NCBI RefSeq assembly: GCF_006345805.1
Contig: NC_043011.1
Coordinates: 41,490,464 to 41,554,463, forward strand
DNA length: 64,000 nt
Direction: 5' to 3'
Source of the DNA: Octopus sinensis
Taxonomy: Eukaryota
Shown here: positions 47,819-62,826 of the stretch, one piece after another
Position numbering within the stretch: position 1 is the first letter of the stretch
How the letters are laid out: each line of letters begins with the position of its first letter
The notes under the pieces: model-generated
Seen by the model: the letters and a program-made list of their open reading frames with translations, nothing else
Told to the model about the DNA's origin: nothing
Databases searched by the model: none
Made by a program: the position numbers and the translations under genes

Positions 47819-50525
47819 TTAACCCTTCTGTTACCAACTTTCTGTTGAAATACATTGCTTTTGTTTCAAACAATTTTATTAGGTCATCACGTATGAAATT
47901 TGTAGTAAGGTATATGGTAAACTTTGACAGCTGCTCATTTTGCGCCATTATTATATTTTGATAATCTTTATTTTTTGTTAGAAAGCTGACACATCTATTT
48001 CTTTATTGTAACTCATTTTGCATTTTATAACGTATTTATAAATCGTTTTTTGCTATTTTTGTTTAGAGATGGATAAGTCAGAAATTCATACAGTTTTGAA
48101 ATATGAGTTCTTTCTTAGAAATATAGCATCATAGACAGCTCGGAATATTAATAAAGTATTTCATTCTAATGTTATAACGCAGCAGATGGTATCAAATTGG
48201 TTTGCAAAATTTCATTCTGGTAATATTGGCTTCACAAATGAACAATGCAGTTGACCAGAAACAAAGGTGGATAATGACAAACTGAAAGCCATCCTTGAGT
48301 CAGATCCATCTCAAAGTACCCGTGGATTATCGTTGTTGTTTGGTGTTAGCAAGCAAACAATATTGACTCACCTAGTTCAAATCGGTAAAATGAAAAAGTT
48401 GGATAAGTGGGTTCCACATGAACTCAATGATAATCAGAAACAGCAACGTTTGAAGCCTGCATTATGCTACTTTCTTGTCACAAAAATGAATCACTTTTGA
48501 ATCGAATTGTAATATGTGATGAGAAATGGATCCAAAACAACAACCGTAAACGTTCAGTACAATGGTTGGACAAAGATGAGCCACCAAAATACAGTCCAAA
48601 AACCAAAATTCATCAAAAGAAGCTGATGGTGTGTGTTTGGTGGTCTGGTGCAGGTGTGATCCGTGATGATTTCATTAAACCTGGCTCATCAATCACGGCC
48701 GAAGTATACTGCAGTCAACTGGACCAAATGATGCAGAAACTAACAAAAACAATACAGTATAGATTAGTCAATAGATCCACTCCTATTTTATTGCAAGGCA
48801 ACGTCAGACCACACATCATAAAAACGACATTGGAGTTGGAAGTTCTCCATCATCCACCATACTCACCTGATCTTACCCCCACTGACTACCACTTCTTCCA
48901 AAATTTGGATAACTTTTTGATAGGAAAAAATTTAATTCCGACGATGCTGTGAAACAGGCCTTCCAAGATTTTATTGACTCTAGATTGCCAAGCTTTTACA
49001 ATTCCGGGCTAGATAAGCTACTGCTAAAATGGCAAAAGTGTATTGACAATATGGGCGCATATTTTGATGAATAAAATTATTCCTTGTATTTATAAAACAT
49101 TAGCAAACTTTTTTTCTTTTCTACAAAACTCATACTTGATGACCTAATAAGAATAATAAAGAATTTAGCAAAATAAACTGGTCATTATTAAACTGGTGTT
49201 TGGAACATTAATTAACATGAAATTTTGATAGATTTTAATTTAGATCACTTTAACCCTTTAGTTACCATATTTCTGTAGAAATACACTGCCTTTACTCTCT
49301 CTCTTACTTGTTTCAGTCATTTGACTGCAGCCATGCTGGAGCACCGCCTTTAGTTGAGCAAATCGACCCCGGGACTTATTCTTTGTAAGCCCAGTATTTA
49401 TTCTATCGGTCTCTTTTGCCGAACCGCTAAGTGACGGGGACATAATCACACCAGCATCGGTTGTCAAGCAATGCTAGGGAGACAAACACAGACACACAAA
49501 CTCATACACACACACATACATATATATATATATACACATATATATATATACACATATATATATATATACACATATATATGACAGGCTTCTTTCAGTTTCC
49601 ATCTACCAAATCCACTCACAAGGCATTGGTCGGCCCGGGGCTATAGCAGAAGACACTTGCCCAAGGTGCCATGCATTGTTTCAATTAGTTTTGAAAATCA
49701 TGTAAGATTTAGTCAAATGACAAGGTCATTATGAAGCTGGTGTCTGGAACATAAATTAACATGGAATTTTGATAGAAGGCTTTGATTTAAATCACTTTAA
49801 GCATTTTGTCAAGCCAAGTGAAATCATAGTTGTGGCCAATGCTGGTGTCATGGGACATGCAACAGTGATGGTGGCATGTAAAAAGCACCCATGCTAGTGG
49901 TACGTAAAAAGCACCCATTGCACATTGGCGTTTGGAAGTAGAAACCATGCCAAATCAGACTGGAACCTGGTGCAGCTCTCCAGCTTACCAGTTTCCAGTC
50001 AAACCGTCCAGCCCATGATGGCATGGAAAGCAGACACTAAATCATGATGAGGATGATGATGATTTCTGTTGAAATACACTTCCTTTATTTCAGTTAATTT
50101 TGAAAATAAAGAATTTAGTATAATAACTTTGTGATTATTCAAAAATTAACATGGAATTTTGATGAAAAGTTTTAACTTTTATTGACTTTGATGCTTTTCG
50201 TTAGCATATATCTGTTTAAATTCACAGCGTTTGTTTCAATTAAATTTTAAAATTATGAAGAATTTGGCAAAATAACTTTATCCATATTCAACTGGTCTTT
50301 CAAACATAGATTAACATGAAATTTTGACAGAAGATTTTAATTTAGGATCACTTTAACCCTTTTGTTACCATATTTCTGTTGAAATATAGAACCTGTGTTT
50401 CAATCAATTTTGAAAATTATCAAGAATTTAGTAAAATAATTTTGTTATTATTATTAAGCTAGTGTTCAGAACAAATTAACATAAAATATTAACAGAAGGA
50501 TTTAATTTAGATCACTTTAAAAGAG
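47819..50525 (+). repeat. Tandem array of about 170-bp piggyBac-MITE-derived units, interrupted by mariner, SINE and LINE insertions
   Basis: Unit ttaaccctt..ttaccatatttctgttgaaatacac..gaatttagtaaaataac..ttaacatgaaattttga..gatcacttt recurs about five times; a single TTAA-flanked copy lies at 57812-58034. Confidence 0.7.
47879..49147 (+). mobile_element. Near full-length decayed mariner (about 1270 bp)
   Basis: TIR ttaggtcatcacgtatga / tcatacttgatgacctaa with TA TSD; transposase 48069-49073 has KWVPHEL, CDEKWI and HPPYSPDLTPTDYHFF, with stops and frameshifts. Confidence 0.92.
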
Positions 50526-50898
50526 GAAGTTTTTTTCATCAGTGAATAAGCAGATGTTATAGGTGAGCTGGTATCAAACTGGTTAATTTATAAACTTGAA
50601 AAGCAATAGGACTCAGTGAAATGCTAACTAAATGAATCTCTAGAGAATTGGTTCTCAATATTTTTGGCTCCACAATACACTGCAGACTGGATAAGTAATT
50701 ACTGGCACTCTGGAAATTAAATAAACAATTACCAGAGCAGCAGAGATCAGATAAAATATAAAATAAACTAAGGCATTTACTGGGCATACTTTGTGTAGAA
50801 AGTTAAATCAGACGACATTTTGATGTTAAAGTATGTAAGCAAGCATGTATGTACATATGTATGTATACAGTATATACTCTGTATGTGTGTGTGTGTGA

Positions 50899-50931
<33 letters not shown>

Positions 50932-50944
50932 CAGCTATTACTGT

Positions 50945-51345
50945 TTTACTCTTTTACTTGTTTCAGTCATTTGACTGCGGCCGTGCAGGAACACCGCCTT
51001 TAATCGAGCAACTCGACCCCGGGACTTATTCTTTTGTAAACCCAGTACTTATTCTATCGGTCTCTTTTGCTGAACCGCTAAGTAACGGGGACATAAACAC
51101 ACCAGCATCGGTTGTCAAGCAATGCTAGGGGGACAAACACTCACACAAACACACACACGCATACATATATATATATACATATATACGACGGGCTTCTTTC
51201 AGTTTCCGTCTACCAAATCCACTCACAAGGCTTTGGTCGGCCCGAAGCTATAGTAGAAGACACTTGCCCAAGGTGCCACGCAGTGGGACTGAACCCGGAA
51301 CCATGTGGCTGGTAAACAAGCTACTTACCACACAGCCACTCCTTT
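50945..51345 (-). mobile_element. SINE family A, near full length
   Basis: Family head, core and tail. Further copies at 5355, 39105/39740, 43208, 49290, 52415, 53295, 54515, 58490 and 60630. Confidence 0.9.
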
Positions 51346-52355
51346 ATTTTGTTTTATTACTCATACTTGCTTCTTACAAAATGGTATTCTTTTTGGTTTA
51401 TGAACACAAAATGTAAGTGGAAAATTAGCATAAACAATTGACATTAAAAACAGTTTTGAATTTTGAAAGAAAATTTTTTTTGGCATGTTTTAAAACAGTG
51501 GAATTAAAAAGGAAAAAAAAAAAAATAGAGATACCAAGCTGTAACCAAAATACTGAGAGTGGAGAATGGGGGATCGGGGATGAGTGATGGAAAATTTGAA
51601 AAGCTGATATTGTTATGGGGGGGACCAAAATCTTTGTCGCGATTATTCTTAGGAATTAGGAAAAAATTTTTGAAAATCAAGAGAAAAATGGTGAGAGTTC
51701 TATTTAATTCCTCTGTCTGAACTTTGTCAAATGCTACATCTTTTATTTTTTTAAAAACTTGTTTCACTCAATGGACTGCTGCCATGCTGGAGCAAAGCTT
51801 TGAGGAATTTTAGCTGAATAAATCAATTCTAGTGCTTGTTTAACTCTTTTAAGCCTGGCACTACGTTTGATGAACAGCTAAGTTATGGAAATGTAAACAC
51901 TGCAACACTGGTTGTCAAGCAGTGGTTGAGGACAAACAAACACAAGGACAAACACACATATATACATGTGTATGTGTTTATATATATATATATATATATA
52001 GATTGGGGCCTGGTGCAGCCTCCTGGCTTCCCAAACCCCAATCGAACCATCCAACTCATGCCAGCATGCAAAATGGATGAAAACGATGATGATGATATGC
52101 ATATATATGTAAATAAGGCACCCATCTATAAAAAAAAAACCCATGCCAAAACTGACCTCACCCGTGCTGGTGCCGTGTAAAAAGTACTCAGTTCACTCTG
52201 CAGGGTGGTTGGTGTTAGGAAGGGCATCCAGCTGTAAAAACCATGCCAGAACAAATAGAAAAGCATAGTGCAGTCTCCTGCTTAGCCAGCACCTGTCAAA
52301 TCGTCCAAACCATACCACCATGTAAAGCAGATGTTAAATGATGACGATAATGATG

Positions 52356-52390
<35 letters not shown>

Positions 52391-52477
52391 CACATATATA
52401 TATATATATTTATAGGCATAGGAGTTGCTGTGTGGTAAGTAGCTTGCTTATGAACCACATGGTTCTGAGTTCAGTCC

Positions 52478-52636
52478 CTAGGCAAAAAGTTAAATTTTTT
52501 TTGCCGATGACACTCCCCGGACCCTAAGTAAGGCATGTGTAAAATTTGAATGAAATTGGTTGTGTAGTTCTGAAGTTTTAGGGAAACACACAGACAGACA
52601 GACAAACACACATTCTCAGTTTTATATATATAAAGA

Positions 52637-52637
<1 letters not shown>
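52478..52637 (-). mobile_element. Helitron-like 5' fragment within a SINE
   Basis: Minus strand begins tctttatatatataaaactgagaatgtgtg, like the 5' end at 2516. Confidence 0.5.
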
Positions 52638-52687
<50 letters not shown>

Positions 52688-55296
52688 TATATATGTGTGT
52701 GTGAGTGTGTATGTATGTGTATGTGTGTATATGTTTGTGTGTCTGTGTTTGTCCTCCCAGCATTGCTTGACAACCGATGCTTGTGTGTTTACGCTCCTGT
52801 TCAGTAAAAGACCGATAGAATAAGTACTAGGCTTACAAAGAATAAGCCCTGGGGTTGATTTGCTCCAGCATGGCCACAGTCACATGACTGAAACAAGTAA
52901 AAGAGTATATGACATGTTTCTTTCAGCTGCTCTCTACCAAATCTACTCACAAGATTTGGGTCAGCCTGAGATTCTTGTAGAAGACACTTTCCCCAAGTTG
53001 CCACACGGTAAGACTGTACCCAGAACCGTGTGGTTGGGAAGTAAATTTTTTGTCAATATTTTCGCTTTCACTTGGTGATCATAAACCGAAAGTTTGCAAG
53101 TTTTCTTTTCATAACATACTGGAGACTAAATGAATAATCACTGGAAGTGAAGAGATTATTAGATAAAATTTTTAAAAGATTTACTGGGTGTATTTTATAA
53201 AACTAGGTTTTGAAGTTAGAAAATAGAAAAAAATACATTTATAGAATAAACTATTTTTTATTTTGTTTTATTTATCATATTTGTCTTCTCTTTAATTCTT
53301 TTACTTGTTTTAGTCATTTGACTGTGGCCATGCTGGGGCACCGTCTTGAAGGATTGTAGTCAAATAAATTGACTCACGGTATTTATTTTTTTAATTACTA
53401 GGAACATAAACAAACCAATACCTGTTGAGAAGCAGTGGAGTGGAGGGTGAAACAAACACATATACAAACACGACAGGAAATTTGGTCAGTGCGGGCCTAT
53501 AGCAGAAGACCCTTGCTCAAAATGGCACACAGTGGAACTGAACCTGAAACCTCATGATTGCAAAATGAGCTTCTTAACCACACAGCCATGCTTGTGCTTA
53601 TATATTTATTTATTTTGTTTTTGCAAAATCATAATTTCTATTGTTGAAAATATTGGAATTGGAACCAACTTCTTTTGAAAATAAAGGTAGGGTGATTCAA
53701 CTGAGAGAACACCAACGTTTTTGGGATTTATTTATTTATCTATTTATTTGGCGTTAGGAGGGGCATCCTTGGCGTTAGGAAGGGCATTATTGGCATTAGG
53801 AAGGGCATCCAGCTGTAGAAACACTGCCAGATCAGACTGGAGCCTGGTGCAGCCTTCTGGCTTCCCAGATCCCCGGTCGAACCGTCCAACCCATGCTAGC
53901 ATGGAGAACGGACGTTAAACGATGATGATGATGATTTATTTTACTGTAACATGGGGTACATTTGGTAAACAATTACTAACGCTCCGGAAATTAAATGAAT
54001 AATTATTCAAACAGGGAAGATTACGTAAAACTTGAAAGAATCAAAACATATCCAGAGTGTTCTTCAAATGGAGAGTTAAACCAAGTTATGTTTTAAAGTT
54101 AGAAAATATATGTGTGTGTGTGTATGTATGTATGTATGTATATGTATGTATGTGTGTGTGTATGTATATATGTGTATATATATGTATATATCAGTATCAT
54201 ACCAAAATGAAAGAAAGTTGTGACAAAAGAGTCAGCAGAAGTTTGCCATTACCTTCTGCTGGAGCCTCGTGGAGCTTAGGTGTTTCACTCATAAACACAC
54301 ACATCGCTCAGTCTGAGATTCAAACTCGTGATCCCTTGACTGCTAGTCCACCGCTCTAACCACTAAGCCATGTGCCTTCACATACATATGCACATATAAA
54401 TACAACATATATTGGTGTCTGCATCTATGCATGTATAACGCAGGCAATGCACATACACAGACAAGCATTTGCATAATGTTAAACACCAACAAACATAACG
54501 ATCTTTTATATCTTTTATCTTTTACTTGTTTCTGTCATTGGGCCATGGCCATGCTGGGGTACAGCTTTGAATAATTTTTAGACAAATGAATCAACCCCAG
54601 GACATTTTTTAAGTCTGTTACTTATTCTATCAGTCTCTTTTGCTGAAATGCTAAGTTACGGGTATCTAAAGACACCAGCACCAGTTTTCAAGAGGTGGTG
54701 GGTGACAAACACAGACACAAAGAAACACACACAAATACAAACACACACACACAACATGCTTCTTTGCAGTTTCCATCTATCAAACCCACTCACAAGGCTT
54801 TGCTTGGAACAAGTCTATAGTAGAAAACACTTGCTCAAGGTTCCCAGCAGTGGGACTGAACCAAGAACCATATGGTTGGGAAGCAAGCTTCTTATCACAC
54901 AGCCATGGCTGTTCACACAATTTTATATATCAACAGATACAACTCTGCACATTTTTCTTTTTTTATTAATAAAAATTATTTGAAACTTGTATCAAGTTAC
55001 AACATTTATAAGATTTCTCTTATCTCTTGGCATTAATCCTTTAACATTCAGATTATTATATCAAGTGCAGTGTTTATCTCTTCACAATGCTTTGAATTAT
55101 TCATGAGTAGCATCATCCAGAAGAAGGCTGCTTTATGAATATGAACATATTTATCGTCGCTTTAATACAAAAAGAGTCCATGCAGTAGATGAAGAAGAAT
55201 ATTTAGATGAAATGACATAGATTGTTCAGGAAATCCTTGTCAGAAATTCAATATCTGGGCTAATTGTTACACATCAATATATTTTCTTGTCGTTAA

Positions 55297-55517
55297 GGCA
55301 GCAAGCTGGCAGAAACGTTAGCACACCGGGCGAAATGCGTTGTAGTATTTTGTCTGTCTTTACGTTCTGAGTTCAAATTCAGCCGAGGTCGACTTTGCCT
55401 TTCATCCTTTTGGGGTTGATGAATTAAGTACCAGTTGCATACTGGGATCAATCTAAACGACTGGTCCCTTCCCCCAAAATTTCAGGCCTTGTGCCTAGAG
55501 TAGAAAAGGATATATAT

Positions 55518-55561
<44 letters not shown>

Positions 55562-55785
55562 TTATATAAGTAAAGGCAGCGAGCTGGCAGAAAAGTTAGC
55601 AGGCCAGGCAAAAAGCTTAGCGGTATTTCATCTGTCTTTATGTTCTGAGTTCAAATTCTGCCGAGGTCGACTTTGCCTTTCATCCTTTTGGGGTTGATAA
55701 ATTAAGTACCAGTTGCTGGGTTGATCTAATCAACTGGCCCCCTCCCCCCCAAATTTCGGGCCTTGTGTCTAGAGTAGAAAAGAAT
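55297..55785 (+). mobile_element. Two tandem SINE family B copies
   Basis: ggcagc(a/g)agctggcagaaa...tagagtagaaaag twice, separated by a microsatellite; another truncated copy at 63698-63820. Confidence 0.85.
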
Positions 55786-57811
55786 ATATATTCTTGTTAC
55801 TGTGTTATTACTGTGTGTTTCCTCATCTATTGCACCAGGTTGAATATGTAGATGTGAAAACAGCTGTGTGGTGAGAGTGACATCTACTGAGGAACACATC
55901 ACTCTGAAACTTTGGAGTTCAAATGAGCTACATTTGTAGGTTCTGTTCACAGAAAGTTCTAGTCATATTGTCAGACTATCATGTGAAGCAAAAGCCATTG
56001 ATTGGACAGAAATAGGGCTTGCACACATGATCAATCTGTGCTTACTATGTGGCAAAACACATGGTTAAACCAACTGCTATACATGTACTATCTTGTAACC
56101 TGGAGATATCAGTTATGTGATTGCTCATTTTCAGAATGACTTTATAGGGATGGTGTGAGAGGCTGGATCTGGCCAATTTGAACACAAAACTGGTAGAATA
56201 TTTGAAGCAGATAAGACAGTCAGCTGGCAGAATCACTTGCTTTGTGACAATTTGTCTGAGTTGAAATTCAAATTCTGTCAAGGTTGACTTGGCCTTTAAT
56301 CCTTTCAAGGGTCAATAAAATAAGTTGGATTCTGGGGTCAATGTAATCAACTAATCCCTTCCTCCAAAACTGCTGGCCCTGTGCCACAATTTGAAATCAA
56401 TATCTGACAGGGAGCCTCTGAGACCCTCTTTGGTCATGACTGACCATGGGATTGCACCTAGAAGGTTACCCTCCCAGGCACAAGTCCAGGCAAGGTTGTT
56501 TATGGAAGACCAGCAGTCACCCATGCATACCGGCCTCCCCTCTCCGTGCCACCAGTGTTATCCAAGGGAAAGGCAAAGGCTGATACAGCTTGGCACCAGT
56601 GACGTCGTGACTTATTTCTACAGCTGAGTGAACTGGAGCAATGTGAAATAAAGTGTCTTGCTCAAGAACATAACACACAGCCTAGTCTGGGATTTGAGCT
56701 CACAACCTCACGATCATAAGCTCGACACTCTAACTACTGAGCCATGTGCATTCAGGGATATGGTTTGTTTAAATGCTAAAGGGTTTTAATTATTCTCTTT
56801 TTCAATTAATGATAATTTACCGTGATATTCTGATATTGTGTATAACTTGAGTCTTATAAAGAGAGGATCCAATTTGTAAAGCTGTAATCTCTGAGCATGC
56901 TCCATGATTTTGTGAAGTTTTCTGGTTCCTATGTAGTTGTGAAACGATATAGCCATCATCCTTCTTGATCCTACAACAGCTGGACTCAGTGGAACAACCA
57001 GGATATGATAATGAGAGAGAGAGAGAGAGAGGCAGACAGACAGGCAGATAGACAGATAGACAGATAGACAGACAGAGAAAGAGAGGGGGAAGGGAGAGAC
57101 GGAGTGAGAAAGGATAAAGAGGAGAGAGGAAGAGGTATAGTGGTAGTGTGGCCTTGATTTGCAGGTGAGTAGACTAAAGCAATGTAAAATGAAGTGTTTT
57201 GTCCAAGGGTGCAATGTACAACCTGGTCTAGGAGTTGAACACACATCCTCATGATCATCAGTCCTACATCCTAACCACTAAGCCGTGCCATGTTCCTTCT
57301 CTCTGCCCCTCTCTCTCATAGACACTTATATATGCATAGAAGACACATGGTTTAGTGGCTGGGGTATTTGGTTTGCGATTGTGAGGTCAAGAGTTCGATT
57401 ACCGGGGCGGGGTGTTGAGTCCTTGAGCAAGACACTTTATATTTTACATTACTCCAGTCGATTCAGCTGGCAAAAATGTGTTGTACCTGTTATTTAAAAA
57501 GACCAACCTTGTCTCGTTCTATGTCACACTGAATTTCCCTGAAAACAACATTAAGAATATGCATGTCTGTGGAGTACTCAGCCACTTGAACATTAATTTC
57601 AGGAGCAGGTTGTTCCATTTATCAGATCAACTGGAACCCTGAATATCATAACCAACAGAGTCCCAGTTCTTTACAGGCATATCTGTATGGGTGTGATGTG
57701 TGAGGGGACTTTGGTTGTTATTGCTATCAGGTCAATTAGCCATTCAGAAGTTATCTTTATTGACCCCCTGTTATAGTTAAATCATTGTCACCAGTATAAT
57801 TATATCTTTAA

Positions 57812-58034
57812 TCCTTTCGATATCAACCCGGCAGACACCGCCTCTGGTTCTGTAGTACAAATGTCTTGTTTTCATAAGCTTTGAATTAAAATCTTCCATC
57901 AAACCTTAGTCACAATTTATGTTCCTAACATCAGCTTAATGATAACTAAGTTATTTTACTAAATCCTTTGTTATATCTAAAATTAATTGAAAGAAACACA
58001 GAGCATCTGAACAGAAATATGGTAACGAAAAGGG
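57812..58034 (-). mobile_element. piggyBac-type MITE
   Basis: TTAA|tcctttcgatatca ... ggtaacgaaaaggg|TTAA. Confidence 0.7.
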
Positions 58035-59568
58035 TTAATGAAACACATTAGAAACGCATTTCTATTGATTGTAGTTTCACAGATGCAGAGAGGACAACGA
58101 CGAGGAAATATGTTTCTTTATTAGCCGCACAGGGCTGTACACAGACGGGACAGATTACAAAGTAGAGCTTTTCTTTTTGGGAAGATAATTTCCACATGGT
58201 TATTGCTTAGTTATTTTGTTGCTCAGCAACACTATCAGAGTTTAATCTACGTTTTCTGGCTGTTGCCATATGTATGAAATTGTATCTGATTATCTGGATG
58301 GCTATATTGATGTTCTCTCTCTTTTCCTCCTCCTTTGTGTATGTGTGTGTGTTTTTATATTACACCCACCCACACATACACACGCACATACATACACACG
58401 CACATACATACACACACACGTATATCACTCTATCTATCTACATATCTGTCTATATCTATTTATATTTCTCTCTCTATATATATTCTTTTATTCCTTTACT
58501 TGTTTCAGTCATTTTGACTGTGGCCATGTTGGAGCACCACCTTTAGTCGAACAAATTGACCGCAGGACTTATTCTTTGGAAGCCTTGTACTTATTCTATC
58601 GGTCGCTTTTGCAAAACTGCTAAGTTACGGGGATGTAAACACACCAACATCGGTTGTCAAACAATGATAGTGGTAGTTGGGGAACAAACACAGGCAAAAA
58701 CTCTCACACATATATACTATGGGCTTCTTTCAGTTTCCATCTACCAAATCTACTGACAAGGCTTTAGTCAGCCTAAGGCAATAGTAGAAGACACTTGCCC
58801 AAGGTGCCATGCAGTGGGACTGAACCTGGAGCCATGTGGTTGGGAAGCAAGCTTCTTACCACACAGCCACTCCTGTGCCTATATATCCCCCTCCTCATCA
58901 TCATCATCACTATCGCTTAACATCCACCTTTCATGCAGACATGGTTTCTATGACAGGATGCCCTTCCTCATGTCAACAATTTTATGTGGCACCAACCCTA
59001 GTGAGATCACCAAGCAACTTGCAAGGCAAGGTTTCTCAACTGAGGAGGGGAGTAGTAGCTTTGTGCCAAGTGACAAGAGGTCAAAGCATAACAGTGACAC
59101 AAAAACAAGTGTCTTGCTGTAGAGGAGATACATGACCCAGTTGAAAAAAGAGAGAGGAGAGGAGAGAGAAGATGAAGGATGTGTTGGGGCACATCCTTAA
59201 GTTACAGGGAGGTGAGTATAAGTGAGGCGGCACTGGGGAATGGGTTGGGTAAATGGGTAGGTAAGTCTGTGAGAGAGCAGGAGGAGAGTGAGAGATGGAG
59301 AGGACGGGATGCAGTGAGGAAGATGAAGTGTTGGGAAGATGAATATTATGGGGGAGAGATCTATCAGGGACAGATTGTGTGCCGGGGCATAGACATAAAT
59401 GATACGCCATGACTATCAGGCAGGTTCTTCCCTTGATAGAAAAATCTCACAGTTCTTTTGAATTTTATGGCCAGTTCCTCTTCTCAGGGTTGGAACCCAA
59501 GGTTGTTCCACTTTGCCATCTGTCTTTTGGTGATGATCCTGCACATGCACACACATATACAATATAGG

Positions 59569-59614
<46 letters not shown>

Positions 59615-59631
59615 CATGTTATCAAAATATA

Positions 59632-60378
59632 TTAACCTCTTAGAATTCAGATTACTCTGTGAAATGTAATGCTTCGTAGCAGGGACTTGGAAACGAATCC
59701 TTGGATAACCAGTCGGACATCACAACCGTTTAACATTATTGGTCGATTAAGCAAAAATCAACATCAAGCCCTCATATGATTCAATTTTTTTGAATCTTCT
59801 TGTGCCCTATAAAAGGCCACTTTTGGGGGTAATTAATTGCAGAATGCTGAGGCGTCTGAGAAATATGTGCCTCTATTCTTGCCACATCAGACAGTTCCAG
59901 ATTTTTGGCACAGATATCTCCAGGATCATGGACAGACTAAACTAACCACACACACAGTCACAATATCTCATAAGTAACTTCTTTGAATGCAGTGTAGTTT
60001 TTCTTTCTCTCCCAGTATATTATTATTGTTGTTGCTATCTGTAAAAGGCCAACTCAGTTTGCCTTTATGTGTGATAATAAAATCTTCTGTTAAATGTTCA
60101 CAGGTGTTGTTCAGTGACTTCTTCACAGAGCCCAAGAAACTCTTTCCATGTATCACCACAGACCAGACCAATAAAAACCCAAACAACGGCTTATCTATTC
60201 ACAGTATTTTGAATTAATTATGCATTGTCTCAAAGCCTCGAATGTTTCACCGATGTAATTATTTATTTTTAGAATGACATTGTAGAGTAGGCGTGAGAGG
60301 CCAGATCTGGCCAATTTGATAATCAAACAGGTAGAATATTTGGGCCGAATATGGCTGGTTTAAATACGAAAGGATTAG
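59632..60378 (+). mobile_element. Second TTAA/piggyBac-like MITE family, split by a roughly 500-bp insert
   Basis: ttaacctcttagaattcagattactctg...(insert)...ggtttaaatacgaaaggatta; related pieces at 55033-55105 and 56095-56785. Confidence 0.5.
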
Positions 60379-60523
60379 GTAATGTTTTCCAGGGCAAGTT
60401 TTTACAAGAACTCTTGATAAAGTAATATTTGGATATTTAGTGTTATGTAACTAAACTGAATATACAAGTAGTATAAGATGTAAAAATAACATATACACAA
60501 AACTACACATATGCATACATACA

Positions 60524-60611
<88 letters not shown>

Positions 60612-61148
60612 TAGATAGATATATATAGATATACTCTTTTATTTGTTTCAGTCATTTGACTGCGGCCATGCTGGAGCACTGACTTTAGTCGAACAAATCG
60701 ACCGCAGGACTTATTCGTTGTAAGCCTAGTACTTATTCTATTGTTCTTTTTTGTCGAACTGCTAAGTTATAGAGACATAAACACACCAACATCAGTTGTC
60801 AAGCAATGGTGGGGGGAGGAGGGAATAAACACAAATATATACATATATATACACACACACATGACGGGCTTCTTTCAGTTTCCATCTACCACATCATTCA
60901 GTTGAGTGCTATAGTAGAGGGTGCTGTGAAGTGGAACTGAACCTGAAAACATGAAACCTTCTCATCCACACAACCAATATGTCACTGAACCATGTCATAT
61001 TTCTGTAAACCGGTTGATTTATTAAAAAATATAGCCACGAGTTTCATATGCAGGATTTAATGAAGTTCAGCCTGATTGATCCCCAATTAAATATTTTTTT
61101 TCGTGTGTTGACATTTATACTTCAAACAATTTTAAAGTTTTCTATCTA

Positions 61149-61186
<38 letters not shown>

Positions 61187-61956
61187 GACATGTATGTAAC
61201 ACATACAATACATATATATATGTATGTATATATATGGTGTGTATATATATAATGTGTATATATACATATATACACATATTTATATATACACACATATATA
61301 TATATATACATAAACATATATATATATATATATATACATATATATAAGACATACACACACACACATATATATACATACATACATATATATATATATTATA
61401 TATATATATAATATATATATATATAACATATGTGTATATATACACAAATATAAATATACATACATACATATATACACACACACATATACATACATATATG
61501 AAGAGAGAGAGAGAGAGAGAGAAACAGACAGACAGACAAACACAGATAATTAGATAGATACACAGCTAATCAAGAAGAGAGAGAGAGAAAGAGAGAGAGA
61601 GAGGAAAATGTGTTATAATGAAAGTGAAATTTAAAATAGAAGCAAAGAAAAAAAAAAACAGAAAGAGGAAAACGAAAGCAACAAATCAGACGAATGAAAT
61701 ATGAAAAAAAAAATAGGAAAAAAGAAATGAAAAATCTATAAAACAAAAAGTGGAGGGGGAGGAGGGTGTGATTGGAAGGAAATAGAAGGAAAGAAAAAAA
61801 ATGAAAGTAATGTCAGAGGCGTAGTGGATAGGGCTGGTGGGGGGTGAGAAGCTCATATTGATTTTTTAGTTGACCTGCTTTCAAGTTTGTCGTATAAATA
61901 GCCACACACGTATATATACGTACAGATACATACATACATACATACACACACACACT

Positions 61957-62004
<48 letters not shown>

Positions 62005-62197
62005 TATATAAATATAGACACACACCACACATGCATGCGTATATACACACGCAATGAGAGGCAATAAAGTACACCCACACATCCATCGAAGCACAGATGC
62101 CTCACTACACCATAGAAGTATACAGGATATGTCTGTGTGTATATATATGTATATGTGTGTGTATATATATGTATATGTGTGTGTGTATATATGTATA

Positions 62198-62233
<36 letters not shown>

Positions 62234-62302
62234 ATCTATATATATATATACATATATATATACATATATAACCACCTCGCACACATACATATGTAGACAG
62301 AC

Positions 62303-62338
<36 letters not shown>

Positions 62339-62472
62339 ATGGATGGATGGATGGAGAGGGAGTGCTAGATAGAAAGATAGAGACACGCATATAAAAGAGC
62401 AATAGAGAGAGACTGCGATAGAAAGAAAGACAACAACAGATAGATATATAGATTTATGGACAGACACACAAG

Positions 62473-62515
<43 letters not shown>

Positions 62516-62749
62516 CAGATAGAAGGAATTCCATTTACTTTTTACATCTACTTTCACTTTCTCTCTCTCTCTCATTCTCCCCAAATATCTTTTTCTCTAT
62601 TTTCAGAACTCTTCTCTCTCTATCTGACTCTGACTCTCACTCGCACTCATCCTCTCTTCATCTCTCATCCTCCTCCTCTCGCCCAATTTCCCAGTCTACC
62701 AACTCCACTATCATGCCTCTGTGTGTGTGAGAAAGAGAGAGAGAGAGCA

Positions 62750-62791
<42 letters not shown>

Positions 62792-62794
62792 GCA

Positions 62795-62826
<32 letters not shown>

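Noticed and set aside
55882-55927. CTGAGGA...GAAA ctttggag TT hammerhead-like string
   Set aside because: Stems I and II barely pair; too decayed to support.
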